The position numbers were made by a program, and so were the translations under genes. A stretch of DNA of 64,000 bases, from positions 1,984,001 through 2,048,000 of the forward strand of contig CAWGAA010000001.1 in assembly GCA_963820525.1 (NCBI GenBank), written 5' to 3'. The notes under the pieces are model-generated. The model was given only the letters and a program-made list of their open reading frames with translations, did no database searches and was not told the origin of the DNA. This DNA is from an uncultured Spirochaetota bacterium (lineage in GTDB: Bacteria; Spirochaetota; Spirochaetia; SZUA-6; Fen-1364). Positions 44,739 through 54,675 of this stretch are shown piece after piece; the first letter of the stretch is position 1; every line of letters starts with the position of its first letter.

Positions 44739-47114
44739 TCAATTCAGGAGCCGCCGGCGGGCCGACAGAGCGCGAAAGGCGGCGATAGACAAGAGAGCGT
44801 AGGCAACGGCGCCCACGGCGAACAGCGCCCCCACTCCCCGGCTCATCGCGACGATTGCAGCAGCGGCCGACGCGATGACCGAGGCGCATCCATTGGCCGC
44901 CCATGCGAAAGAGCGCGCCGCGTCGCCGGCTGCTTCGAACCGCATGCCCAGGGGGAACGGGATGCCGAGCAGGAACCCGGGGACGGCGAGCAGGCCGATG
45001 CAGGCCGCCGTCCGCGTGACCGGCGGGAGCGGGAGGAGAAGGCTCATCGAGCGCGTGAGAAACGCGCCGAGAAGAAGGAGCACGAGGGCGATGGCGCAGG
45101 AGATCGGCCCCAGCATCTTTCGGGAGAGCCTGTCCGCGATGAGGCCGCCCACCCCGCTGGAGACCAGGAGGCCGCCGAGCACGATCGACAGGGTCACGAA
45201 GGGATTCGAGAAGAGGAGCGTGAACGAGTCGAGGAACGCGATCTCCGCGAACAGGAATCCCATTCCGCTCGCCATAAAGAGAACCAGGAGACGAAGGGGG
45301 AATCTCCCGCGTCCGCTAAGAAGGGGCGGCAGGAGGAGCGGGATGCTCAAAAGGAGCGCTTGCGCCAGGACGGCGAGCGCGACCATCTCTCCGGACAAGA
45401 GGAGGCTGTACGTCCGCGCACCCATGGCGCGGAAGTACTCTCCGATGCGGGTCCACCTGATGAACCTGTTGGGGAAAGGCCGTTCATCCCCCTGCGGGCT
45501 CACGTCGAGAAAGTACGTCGCGGCAAAGCCCGGGTCTTTCGCGATAGCGGAGAACGCTTCGAAGAAGGGCGCTCCGGGAAGCCTGTTGAACCTGTTTGTG
45601 TCCTCCGGGCCGATGCCGGGAAACCAATCGAGATCGAAGCTCGCCGCTTTGGCGAACGAGACGACCGCGGCGGCGGGGGCTCCGCGGACCTGCCCGCGGG
45701 AAACGAGAATCGAGCAGGTGTCCCAGTTGCGCACGACCACCAGGCGCTCTTCCGGCTTCTCGACTCCCTCCCTGACAAGCGCCAGGAGCGCCGTGGAGAA
45801 CAGCCGCAGAGAGTCCGACGGCGGAAGAACGATGCGGCGCGACACGATGAGCACCCCGTGGTCGCTCAGCCGCCTCCAGTAGGCCCGGAAAGCGTCGACG
45901 GTCAGGAGCGCGTCCTCGGCGAGGCTCGCCATGCCGGGAAGCGATGGGCCCCAGTCCTCGACGTGGATCGTGTCGAAACGCTCGCCCCCGCGGGCCACCA
46001 GAGAGCGGGGATTTTCCGCAACCACCTCGATTCCCAGCGGCGCATAGACCTTGACCATTTCCCGCGACACCTCCGGCTGCTCGACGACCAGGAGGATCCG
46101 GCGGGACCCGGAGGCGAACGCGCACGCCACGCCGAGGCCCCCTCCGCTCTGGATCACGAGGCTCGCCGAAGGCGAGCCTGCGAGGATGTATCCCGCGAAC
46201 GAGTGGCTCCAGCGTGCGAACGCCGCCCCGCCTCCCGATGAGAGGTCGCTCGCCACGGTGAGCTCGTCGCCGTCGCGGATGATCGCGCTCTGGGAGGGAA
46301 GCGTGCCCGAGAAACCGAGGCTCAGCCCGGGAGCGAAGCGCAGCGCGGGGCTCTCCACGGCATCGAAGGTCCCCCGGATGCTCGCCGCGTGAGCCGTGAC
46401 GCGTGAATTGGGGGTTTGGAGCAGCTGGGGGAGCGCCATGTACGGAGAAGGGGGGACGGTGAAGAATCTGTCCCGCCCCCAGACGAAAGAGAGGGATATT
46501 ACGGCGGCGAGACAGACGGCCAGGGCGATCATGCCGAGAGAGGGCGCGGTCCTTTCCGATGGACCCGCGGCAAACGCGGAGGCGAGCGCGGGAAGAAGCG
46601 AGAGCAGGGCGGCGGCGGCTATGGCTCCACCGACGTCAAGGGACGGAAGGAGAATCGCGGGAGCAATGGCGCCGAGTCCCGATCCCGCCATGGAAGCGGC
46701 CGCTACCAGTCCGCTCGCGCCGGGGGAGGAAACGTACGCGATGCAGGTTCCCAGGCCGGCGAAAAAAAAGGGAAGGGCGAGCAAGAGGATCGAAACGAGC
46801 AGATACAGGAACTGGAGCCGCTCGATGGGGAAGCGCAGGTAGTCCAGGGGGATGAGACGCACCAACAGGAAAGAGCCCGCGGTGCTCGCCGCGCACGCCA
46901 GCGACACGACGGGGAAAGCGGTCCTCAGATCACTCCTCTCCCGCCGGCCGGCCGCCAGCGCGAACAGCGTCCCGGATGCGCCGTAGCCCAGCATGGCGAT
47001 GCCGATCACCATGAAGGAGAGATGGTTGCCGTGAGCGATGGCGAAGTAGCGCGTGAGGATCAGCTCGAACAGCAGGGACGAGGAGGAAAGGCAGAAAACG
47101 GCGAAAAGCGTCAT
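44739..47114 (-). CDS. large membrane protein with central spermidine-synthase-like SAM-binding domain
   Basis: FE..LTR.F...F.VI.IA.LG.G.SG, PFF.AG, LVIQSGGG, FD.I, LTVDAF..Y...L...G, D.RPF, G.GF.F.EI, G.PFP.G and WA.NG.ASV motifs. Confidence 0.75.
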   Translation of the reverse strand: MTLFAVFCLSSSSLLFELILTRYFAIAHGNHLSFMVIGIAMLGYGASGTLFALAAGRRERSDLRTAFPVVSLACAASTAGSFLLVRLIPLDYLRFPIERLQFLYLLVSILLLALPFFFAGLGTCIAYVSSPGASGLVAAASMAGSGLGAIAPAILLPSLDVGGAIAAAALLSLLPALASAFAAGPSERTAPSLGMIALAVCLAAVISLSFVWGRDRFFTVPPSPYMALPQLLQTPNSRVTAHAASIRGTFDAVESPALRFAPGLSLGFSGTLPSQSAIIRDGDELTVASDLSSGGGAAFARWSHSFAGYILAGSPSASLVIQSGGGLGVACAFASGSRRILLVVEQPEVSREMVKVYAPLGIEVVAENPRSLVARGGERFDTIHVEDWGPSLPGMASLAEDALLTVDAFRAYWRRLSDHGVLIVSRRIVLPPSDSLRLFSTALLALVREGVEKPEERLVVVRNWDTCSILVSRGQVRGAPAAAVVSFAKAASFDLDWFPGIGPEDTNRFNRLPGAPFFEAFSAIAKDPGFAATYFLDVSPQGDERPFPNRFIRWTRIGEYFRAMGARTYSLLLSGEMVALAVLAQALLLSIPLLLPPLLSGRGRFPLRLLVLFMASGMGFLFAEIAFLDSFTLLFSNPFVTLSIVLGGLLVSSGVGGLIADRLSRKMLGPISCAIALVLLLLGAFLTRSMSLLLPLPPVTRTAACIGLLAVPGFLLGIPFPLGMRFEAAGDAARSFAWAANGCASVIASAAAAIVAMSRGVGALFAVGAVAYALLSIAAFRALSARRRLLN

Positions 47115-47815
47115 GGCCGCTCTTCGATCGCCTTCCCCGTCATCGGGACGAAGAGCACGCCGATGATGGAATCCGTGGTGTACGAGCCGCCCTTCTTGGT
47201 GACGAGGACGAGGTTCTGATAGCTGAAGGGGTTGCCGAGGGGGAGGATCAGCCTCCCACCGTCCTTGAGCTGAGCAAGAAGCGGCGGTGGAACGTGATTC
47301 ACGGATGCCGTGATCATGATGCAGTCGAAAGGGGCTTTCTCCTCCCAGCCGTAGTAGCCGTCACGATTGAAGGCGCTCACATTGCCGAATCCCAGGGACG
47401 AGAGAAGCCGCGACGCCCGCTCGAAGAGCGGACGCTTGATCTCCAGCGTGTACACCTCTTTGGCGAGGAGCGAGAGAACGGCCGCCTGGTAGCCCGAGCC
47501 GGTCCCGATTTCCAGCACCCGCTCCCCGCCCGTGAGCCGCAGGGTCTCCGTCATGAGAGCGACGATGTAGGGTTGGGATATCGTCTGTCCTTCGCCAATC
47601 GGCAGCGGATTGTCGTCGTAGGCCTGCGCCCTTAAGTATTCCGGCACAAAGAGGTGCCTCTCCACGGTGCGCATGGCCGCAAGGACTCGAGGGTCCGACA
47701 CGCCGCGGGCTTCGATCTGGCGCTTCACCATGAGCTCGCGGGCTGCCTGATAATTCTGGGCCGGGGCGTGAATGCAAACGATGAGGAGGATGGCAGAAAC
47801 GAGCCTGCGGCGCAC
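47111..47815 (-). CDS. pcm: protein-L-isoaspartate O-methyltransferase with N-terminal signal-like segment
   Basis: MV..QI..RG, V.RH.FVP, AY.D.PLPIG.GQTISQPYIVA.M, VLEIGTGSGYQAA, DG..GW...APFD.I and FVPM motifs. GTG start with a GGAGG RBS. Confidence 0.93.
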   Translation of the reverse strand: MRRRLVSAILLIVCIHAPAQNYQAARELMVKRQIEARGVSDPRVLAAMRTVERHLFVPEYLRAQAYDDNPLPIGEGQTISQPYIVALMTETLRLTGGERVLEIGTGSGYQAAVLSLLAKEVYTLEIKRPLFERASRLLSSLGFGNVSAFNRDGYYGWEEKAPFDCIMITASVNHVPPPLLAQLKDGGRLILPLGNPFSYQNLVLVTKKGGSYTTDSIIGVLFVPMTGKAIEERP

Positions 47816-47891
47816 TGGCGTGCCCTCCGTCTCGTGCAGTATATCCCAGGGGTGAGCGGCGGCGCAACAGACACCTGACGGCCTCGCGCCA

Positions 47892-49907
47892 TCAGGTATG
47901 GAGGGGCAGCTCGGCGTTATCCCGCAGGAACAGCGGAATGAGATGGAGCGGCGCATCGGCTTCGACTGTTTCTCCTCCCTCGTGCCTCTGGCCCGTTTCG
48001 GCGTTCTTCCATTTCGAGCCGGCCGGCAGATAGACCGCTCGTTTGCGCATCCCCGGGTACATGACGGGGGCAACCAGAACATCCGGGCCGAACATGTACT
48101 CATCCTCGGTCTGCCATGCCCTTTCGTCCGCCGGGAAATCATAGAAGAGCGGGCGCATCACCGGCGTTCCCTTCTCGTGCGCCGCCTTCATGATGCGCGC
48201 GATATATGGCTTCAAGCGCGCGCGCATATGGAGGTACTTCGTGAGAATCCCGTACGCTTCCTCGCCGTAGCTCCATACCTCGTTTGGGCCGCCTGAGAAT
48301 ACGTCCTCGCTGGAGTCGCCGTCGGGGTGGGTAGGGGTATGGGGGCGCGACCTGTCCACCCGAAACCCGTGCAGGCGGAACACGGGGCAGAAGGCTCCCC
48401 ACTGGAACCAGCGGATGAGCAGCTCCCGGTATGCCGGGTCGTCGGGATCCCCGCCGCTGAAGCCTCCAATATCCGTCGTCCACCAGGGAATCCCCGCGAT
48501 CCCCATGTTGAGCCCCGCGGCCAGCTGCCTTTGAAACGTCTGGAAGGTGCAGTCGATATCGCCGGACCACACCAGGGCGCCATAACGCTGGCTCCCCGCC
48601 CAGGCGCAGCGCAGGAGATTGATGACGTTCTCCTGGCCTTCGGCTCGCATTCCATCGGAGAAAGTTTGGGCATATTTCGCGGGATAGATGTTTCCCACCT
48701 CCATGTCGCTGCCGAGGTGATACCGGTAGTTGTCGTAATCGTAGACCGAGTATTCCGGCTCAGCCTCGTCCAGCCAGAAGATCCTGATCCCCTTGCTGTA
48801 GTAGTTCGTCTTCACGATGTTCCACACGAACTCCCGCGCCCCGGGATTGGTGGGATCGAAGAACACGGTATTACCCATGAAGTCCATCGTGGTGCGGATG
48901 CCCCGCTCCACCCGCACAAGAAAGCCTTCTTCGAGCATTTTCGCGTAGTTTTCGCTGCGCTTGTCCACCGTGGGCCATATCGAGACCATGAGCTCGATGC
49001 CCAGAGCCGAAAGTTCCTTCACCATCCCATCGGGATCCGGCCAGTGGCGGAGATCGAATTTCCAATCCCCCTGCATGGGCCAGTGGAAGAAATCAGAGAC
49101 GATCACGGAGATGGGAAGCCCGCGTTTCTTGTATTCCCGCGCCACTGCCAGAAGCTCCTCCTGGGTCTTGTAGCGCAGCTTGCACTGCCAGAACCCCATC
49201 GCGAAGTCCGGCATCATCGGGACCGTCCCGGTCACCGCGGCATAGCGTTCCTCGATCTTGGCGGGGGTGTCGCCCGCGGTGACCCAGTAGTCGAGCTCGC
49301 TTGATTGCTCAGCCACGAACTCGGTCATATTCGTGGCGAATGCGGCGCGGCCGATGGCGGGATTGTTCCACAGAAAGCCATACCCGCGGCTCGACAGGAA
49401 GAACGGAACGCTTGCCTGGGAGTTTCTCTGGGCAAGCTCCAACACGCACCCCTTGAGGTCCAACCGGCCGTCCTGGTACTGCCCCATGCCGAAGATCTTC
49501 TCCCCGTCTTTGGCCTCGAAACGGCTGGTGACCCTGTACGTGGCGCCTGAAAGGGGCCGAAGCTCCCGGCCCTTCACTTCCGTCGCATAGAGGAAATCCC
49601 CGCCGGACAGCCGGGAACGCCAGCGCTCCTCCAGGAGAACGGCGCCCTTTTTGTCGAAAAACGATATCCGCCCCCCGTGGTGCACCCGCGCGGTGATGCC
49701 GCCGTTTGTGATCGTGCCGCCGTCTCCATCAGCCGTGATCCGCGCGCCCTTTGCCTTCGAAGGCAGAAGCGCCCAATCCCTGCTCTCATCGATTCTGGGA
49801 AGACAGGTGGCGCGAACGCGCAGGCCGCACTCGCCCCAGGGCTCGATCCAGAGCTGCTCGCCGTCATGAGCGCGCACAAGCCGTCCATTCTCGACTTTCA
49901 CAGACAT
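47892..49907 (-). CDS. glycoside hydrolase family 31 (alpha-xylosidase-like)
   Basis: GFWQCKLRY, DFFHW, WP.V, nucleophile motif FWLDEAEP, WSGD, WTTDIGGF, RLHG, RP.F.DF and YLP.G. Confidence 0.92.
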   Translation of the reverse strand: MSVKVENGRLVRAHDGEQLWIEPWGECGLRVRATCLPRIDESRDWALLPSKAKGARITADGDGGTITNGGITARVHHGGRISFFDKKGAVLLEERWRSRLSGGDFLYATEVKGRELRPLSGATYRVTSRFEAKDGEKIFGMGQYQDGRLDLKGCVLELAQRNSQASVPFFLSSRGYGFLWNNPAIGRAAFATNMTEFVAEQSSELDYWVTAGDTPAKIEERYAAVTGTVPMMPDFAMGFWQCKLRYKTQEELLAVAREYKKRGLPISVIVSDFFHWPMQGDWKFDLRHWPDPDGMVKELSALGIELMVSIWPTVDKRSENYAKMLEEGFLVRVERGIRTTMDFMGNTVFFDPTNPGAREFVWNIVKTNYYSKGIRIFWLDEAEPEYSVYDYDNYRYHLGSDMEVGNIYPAKYAQTFSDGMRAEGQENVINLLRCAWAGSQRYGALVWSGDIDCTFQTFQRQLAAGLNMGIAGIPWWTTDIGGFSGGDPDDPAYRELLIRWFQWGAFCPVFRLHGFRVDRSRPHTPTHPDGDSSEDVFSGGPNEVWSYGEEAYGILTKYLHMRARLKPYIARIMKAAHEKGTPVMRPLFYDFPADERAWQTEDEYMFGPDVLVAPVMYPGMRKRAVYLPAGSKWKNAETGQRHEGGETVEADAPLHLIPLFLRDNAELPLHT

Positions 49908-50044
49908 GTGCCCACCTCACTCTCGAAGATACACCGTCTATGCGCCGGGCGCCAGCGCACGTCTGCCGTTCGCTGGGGGGCCGCATGCAGGGGCGTGGGT
50001 CGGGCGCCGGCGACAGCCCCAGCCCCCCGGTCCGGCCGCCGCCG

Positions 50045-50887
50045 CTACCCCTTGACCGCGCCGCTGGTCAATCCGCCGATGATGTATTTCTGAAGCAGGA
50101 TGAAGATGATCATCACGGGGAGCACCAGGATCACCCCGAATGCCATGATCCGGTTCCACTCGATGCCGTACTTTCCCATGAAATGGTAGATCTGGGCCGT
50201 CAAGGGACGGAGGGATGTCTTGTTCATGAACGTGATCGCGTACATGAGGTCGTTCCAGGCGAAGATGAAGGAGAAGGAGCCCGCCGTGATCAGGCCCGGA
50301 GTCGAGATCGGCAGAATGACCCTGAGAAACGAAGAAAAGCGGGAGCAGCCGTCGATGCGCGCGGAATCCTCCAGCCCCTTGGGCAGGCCGATGAAGTAGG
50401 TTCGCAGGAACAGGATGATGAAGGGGATCGCCACGGTGGAATCCGCGATGATCGAGGACAGGTAGTTGTTGATAAGATGAAAGCGGGCGAAAACGAGATA
50501 CAGCGGGGTCAGGATCAGCGTCGAGGGAAGCATCTGCGTGACCAGGAAGCTCATGATGATCGCCTTCTTGCCGCGGATGGCGAAACGGGCCATCCCATAG
50601 GCCGCGGGAATGGCCAGAAGCATCGAGAGGAACATGGTTGCCGGCGCGATGACGAGGCTGTTCAAGAGCGGGTTGACTACGTTGAACTCGCCGTGAAGCT
50701 GCTCGAGATAGGCCACGAAGCTCGCGTGCGCAGGCCAGAAGGTCTGGCTCACCTGGAAGATCTCCGCGTTGGTCTTCAGGGAGCTTGCCAGAATCCAGTA
50801 GAGGGGGAAGAGGAATACGCAGGAGACCGCGAGCCCCGCGATGTTCAGGGCCGCCTCCCGCGCGCGGCCGCTCCGGTTCATCCTCAT
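50045..50887 (-). CDS. carbohydrate ABC transporter permease (MalG-like)
   Basis: P.YW..SSLK, NS, EAA loop (LEDSARIDG), WND and GGLT.GAVKG motifs. Confidence 0.92.
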   Translation of the reverse strand: MRMNRSGRAREAALNIAGLAVSCVFLFPLYWILASSLKTNAEIFQVSQTFWPAHASFVAYLEQLHGEFNVVNPLLNSLVIAPATMFLSMLLAIPAAYGMARFAIRGKKAIIMSFLVTQMLPSTLILTPLYLVFARFHLINNYLSSIIADSTVAIPFIILFLRTYFIGLPKGLEDSARIDGCSRFSSFLRVILPISTPGLITAGSFSFIFAWNDLMYAITFMNKTSLRPLTAQIYHFMGKYGIEWNRIMAFGVILVLPVMIIFILLQKYIIGGLTSGAVKG

Positions 50888-51789
50888 GCATGCATCTCCT
50901 CGTCTCTTTGGATGAGGCGAAGGTAGCCGAGCCCGACAATGAAAAGGCACAGGAACAGGATGTTCGCCGCCGCCGCTCCTTCGCTGAAGTGGAACAGCAC
51001 GAAGGAGAGCTTGTAGGCGTAGGTGGAGAGCACCTCCGTGGCGTGCACCGGGCCCCCGTTGGTCATGACGTAGATGAGGTCGAAGACCTTGAATGTATAG
51101 ACGAATCCCAGGACGAGCACGGAGTAGATGGCGGGCTTGAGCATGGGAAGGGTTATCCAAAAAAGCCTCTGGGGCGCCGTGGCGCCGTCTATCGAGGCGC
51201 TCTCATAGAGGTCCTCGGGAATGCTGCAGATGCCGGTCGAAAGGAGGATCATGTTGAAGGGAATCCCGATCCAGGTGTTCGCGATGATCGTTCCCCACAG
51301 CGCCGTCGTCTCCGAGGTGAGCCAGCCGATCGGCTCCCTTACCAGCCCCGTGCCGACCAGGATGTAGTTGAGGATCCCGCAACTGGGGCTCAGCATGAAC
51401 TTGAAAAGGAGGGCGACAACGGTGGAGGGAATTATCCATGCAACGGTGAGGAGGCCGCGAAGGCGCCCTTGAAGCCGGAAGCCGGTATTGAAGAACAACG
51501 CCAGGGCGAATCCGATGGAGAACTGAAAAACGAGGCAGCCGATCGTATAGAGGAGGGTGTTGGCGACGCTGACGGACAAAACGTCCCCCGAAAAGATCTC
51601 CCGATAGTTCCGCAGGCCTATGAAATGCCGCACCGAGCTCTTGATGTTCATGATATCGACCTTCTGAAAGCTCAGAACGAAATTGTAGACGATGGGATAC
51701 CCGATGAAGGTGATCATGAACGCGAGCGCAGGCAGAACCCACAGGAACCCCGCCAGTTTCTCTCCCCTTTCGAACGTGACCCGTCCCAT
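50884..51789 (-). CDS. carbohydrate ABC transporter permease (MalF-like)
   Basis: F.GL.NY, LYESASIDGA...F..ITLP.L.P, FD.IY.MT.GGP motifs. Confidence 0.92.
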   Translation of the reverse strand: MGRVTFERGEKLAGFLWVLPALAFMITFIGYPIVYNFVLSFQKVDIMNIKSSVRHFIGLRNYREIFSGDVLSVSVANTLLYTIGCLVFQFSIGFALALFFNTGFRLQGRLRGLLTVAWIIPSTVVALLFKFMLSPSCGILNYILVGTGLVREPIGWLTSETTALWGTIIANTWIGIPFNMILLSTGICSIPEDLYESASIDGATAPQRLFWITLPMLKPAIYSVLVLGFVYTFKVFDLIYVMTNGGPVHATEVLSTYAYKLSFVLFHFSEGAAAANILFLCLFIVGLGYLRLIQRDEEMHA

Positions 51790-51814
51790 AGCTGATCTCC
51801 GATACCGTGAAGTA

Positions 51815-51923
51815 AATGCGCGCGGGCCGGGGCTCGCAGTCAGGCGCCCGCCTAGGGCCATGGACGGCCTTAAAGCGGGCGCGGGACATGGACGTCCAGG
51901 CGCCCGCCCAGGGCCCGCGCATT
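51815..51923. repeat. REP-like composite palindromic element between the binding-protein and permease genes
   Basis: Outer arms AATGCG(CG)CGGGCC / GGCCCGCGCATT. Inner arms GCGCCCGC / GCGGGCGC. Two small hairpins share the loop ATGGAC. Direct repeat CAGGCGCCCGCC at 51841 and 51897. Confidence 0.65.
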
Positions 51924-51938
51924 ATCGAATCAGAACGA

Positions 51939-53138
51939 TTAATCCGAGAGAGCCTTTACCACCTTTGCCTGGGCGTCCTTCAGGGCCTGCTCGGGAGTCT
52001 TGGCCTTGGTGAAGGCTTCCTGGAGCGCCGTAGAGATGGCGCTGGAGATGTCGGGCCACTTCGGGTGCGGACCACGGGGCATGGCGAACTGCATCTGCTC
52101 CGCGAACACCTTCAGGAGCCGGTCCGATTTCCAGAACGTGGAGCCGTTCATGACGTCCGCGCGGGGAGGGAACTTGCCGCTCGACTTCATGTACTCCTCC
52201 ATCATGGGCGGGCTGGACATGAACTTCAGGAATGCCCAGGCTTCATCCGGATGCTGGGAGGAGGCCGTGATGCCCATGTTCTCGCCCCCGAGGACAGAGG
52301 AGAACTTCTTGTCCCGGGGAATTTTGGCGAGGTACCAGTTCATCGTGGGCGCGTCGGTCTGGACCGCCTGCAGGTTCCAGGGGCCGTTCACCATCATGGC
52401 GGCGCGGCCGGTGGCGAACTGTTTCTCCGCGTCGGCCTGGGTCCAGTTGATGACCTCGCTCGACATGGAGCCGTTCTTGATGAGATTGGTGAGGTAGGTG
52501 AGGGACCTGATCGACTCGGGGCTGTCGAGCTTGGTGATCGTAGCGCCCGAGGAGAGCAGCCAGGGCAGGTACTGGAAGGTGCCTTCCTCGTTTCCCACGG
52601 CGGAGATGGCCAGCGCGTACACGCCCGGCTTGGTCAGCTTCTTGGCGGCCGCGGAAAGATCGTCCCATGTCACCGGAGGGTTGACGCCCGCTTTTTTCAG
52701 CATGTCGACGTTGTAGTACAGGGCCAGACAGTTGGAGTTCTGGGGCACGCCGTAGACCTTGCCCTGGTACGTGCAGGAGAGCCATGGGCCTTCGAAGAAC
52801 TTGCCCTTGCCTTCCCATCCCTTCACCTTGTCGGTGATGTCGAGGAAGAGCCCCATCGCCGAATAGGAAGCGTGGTCCGGGTTGTCGACCATGGCGATGT
52901 CGGGAAGGTTTCCGCCGGCAAGCCCGATGGTGTACTGCCGGTTGAGCTCCTCACGGGGAAGCATCTGGGCGACGACCTTGATCTTGGTCTGCGAGGCGTT
53001 GAAGTCGTCGATCACTTTTTGGAAGGGGACGGCCTCGAAGCCCGCCCAGTAGTGCCAGACCGTGACCTGCACGGGATCCGCAAAGGCCAGTCCGGCCAGC
53101 AGGAGAATACCGAGAGAGAGCAGGAGAATCTTTTTCAT
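51939..53138 (-). CDS. sugar ABC transporter substrate-binding protein
   Basis: Signal peptide, PDI, YGVP....LALYYN, PP.TWDDL, F..G.AAM..NGPW and GG...GI motifs. Confidence 0.92.
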   Translation of the reverse strand: MKKILLLSLGILLLAGLAFADPVQVTVWHYWAGFEAVPFQKVIDDFNASQTKIKVVAQMLPREELNRQYTIGLAGGNLPDIAMVDNPDHASYSAMGLFLDITDKVKGWEGKGKFFEGPWLSCTYQGKVYGVPQNSNCLALYYNVDMLKKAGVNPPVTWDDLSAAAKKLTKPGVYALAISAVGNEEGTFQYLPWLLSSGATITKLDSPESIRSLTYLTNLIKNGSMSSEVINWTQADAEKQFATGRAAMMVNGPWNLQAVQTDAPTMNWYLAKIPRDKKFSSVLGGENMGITASSQHPDEAWAFLKFMSSPPMMEEYMKSSGKFPPRADVMNGSTFWKSDRLLKVFAEQMQFAMPRGPHPKWPDISSAISTALQEAFTKAKTPEQALKDAQAKVVKALSD

Positions 53139-53232
53139 CTCAACCTCCTTCTAGAAGCGTTTCCCCAGCCTAAGGGGCTTTCCGCGTACCGTAAATTGGA
53201 CGATTTTCAGAAAGATGCAGTTTCTTAATATT

Positions 53233-54675
53233 TCATGCGTGAAGGCGCGAGTATTCCCGGGGCGAGAGCCCCGTGTGCTTCTTGAAGACGCGGCAGAAAT
53301 ACCGCGGGTCCGCTATGCCGACATTCCGCGCCACCTCGAATACCCTGCCTTCGCCGGATGCCAGAAGCCGCTTCGCCTCATTGATGCGACATTCGACGAC
53401 GAAGAGGCTGAAGTTCTTGCCCGTCTCCTTCAGGAAGAGCGAGCTCAAGTATTCCGGGGTGAGACCGATCCGCTGGGCCGCCTCTTCCAGGGAAATCCTG
53501 CCGCGGTAGCCGGTTCGAACGTAGTTGAGCGCCTGCCTGATGGGGAGGCTGTGCGCGTCCAGGGAGGCTGCGGATGTGCTTCCTGCCGTCGATGAGATGA
53601 AGTCTTCGATGATGATGCACAGCTCCCGCGCGCTTCGAAAACCCTCGACGCGCTGGAGGATGTTTTTTTCTACAATTGACCTGAAACGCGGATAATCCAC
53701 CTCCTTCAGGAGGTTGGCGATGGTGAAAAAGAAACGGAAAGCGATTTCCTCGAGACGCACGGGCGAATAGCCGCCTGAGATACAGAAGGCGCGAAAGTCG
53801 CTCATCGCGGCCTCCAGCATACCCGGATCTCCGGAACGAAGCGCGCCGAGAACCGCGCTTTCAACAGCCACTGGATACTCGGGCTTCCGGCACGGGGTGC
53901 GTGCTATCAGCTCGGCGTGGATCACTTTGAGAGGCCCAACGAGCATCGACCATTTGAGGCTTTTAGAAAGCTCCGCAAGGAGCTTTCGAGGGTCTCCCCC
54001 TTCGGGGAACGGGCACGCAGAGCAGATGAGCCCTCCGCGAAGGAGACGGCCCTTCGCCGTTTCCATCTCGTCCTCCAGCGCCTGGATGAATCGCTGGAAG
54101 GTGGCGGTGTGAGCGACATGGAAGAGCAGGCTCGCGGGATCGGGGCGCTCCATAAGCGTGACGCCATCCGCTCCAGCTCGCCTGGCGCTTCTCCTGAGCA
54201 CGGGGGAGAGGATCTTCTCGGAATCGGGTGAGCGATCCGGCGAATGGAAGAGAAGAAGCGCCCCCGCCGCCAGGCGGAGAGGCGGATGCGGGACGTCGGC
54301 CGCCGCCGGGCTTTCCGAGGATATCTTTTTCAGGACCTCCTCGATGGCCTGCGCGGTTATGGGCTTTAAAAGGTAGTCCCTGACTCCCAGCACTATCCCC
54401 TGCTTTGCGTAGTCGAACTCGGCATAGCCGGAGAGGATCACGAACTTGGACGCGCACCCCTGCGAGCGCAGGCCCCGGATCATCTCCAATCCGTCCATCT
54501 CGGGCATCTTGATGTCGGTGATCACAAGCTCGGGGGAGAGCTTCCCGACTATCTCCTTGCCCTCCCTGCCGTTTCGCGCCTGGCCGACGACGCGATAGGA
54601 GGCGTCGAGGCGCGAGATGAGACGGACGAGACCTTCCCGGGGCTTCGACTCGTCTTCGACAACCACAATCCTCAT
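53233..54675 (-). CDS. YesN-type response regulator (REC plus AraC HTH)
   Basis: VEDE, ITDIKMP.MDG, LSGY..F.YA, YLLKP; C-terminal YLS.LF..ETG and YF.RVFKK.TG.SP.EY. Confidence 0.93.
   Translation of the reverse strand: MRIVVVEDESKPREGLVRLISRLDASYRVVGQARNGREGKEIVGKLSPELVITDIKMPEMDGLEMIRGLRSQGCASKFVILSGYAEFDYAKQGIVLGVRDYLLKPITAQAIEEVLKKISSESPAAADVPHPPLRLAAGALLLFHSPDRSPDSEKILSPVLRRSARRAGADGVTLMERPDPASLLFHVAHTATFQRFIQALEDEMETAKGRLLRGGLICSACPFPEGGDPRKLLAELSKSLKWSMLVGPLKVIHAELIARTPCRKPEYPVAVESAVLGALRSGDPGMLEAAMSDFRAFCISGGYSPVRLEEIAFRFFFTIANLLKEVDYPRFRSIVEKNILQRVEGFRSARELCIIIEDFISSTAGSTSAASLDAHSLPIRQALNYVRTGYRGRISLEEAAQRIGLTPEYLSSLFLKETGKNFSLFVVECRINEAKRLLASGEGRVFEVARNVGIADPRYFCRVFKKHTGLSPREYSRLHA

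Noticed and set aside
47892..49907. Sulfoquinovosidase assignment for the GH31
   Set aside because: The nucleophile motif is WLDEAEP rather than WMADFGE, and no sulfoglycolysis genes are adjacent.
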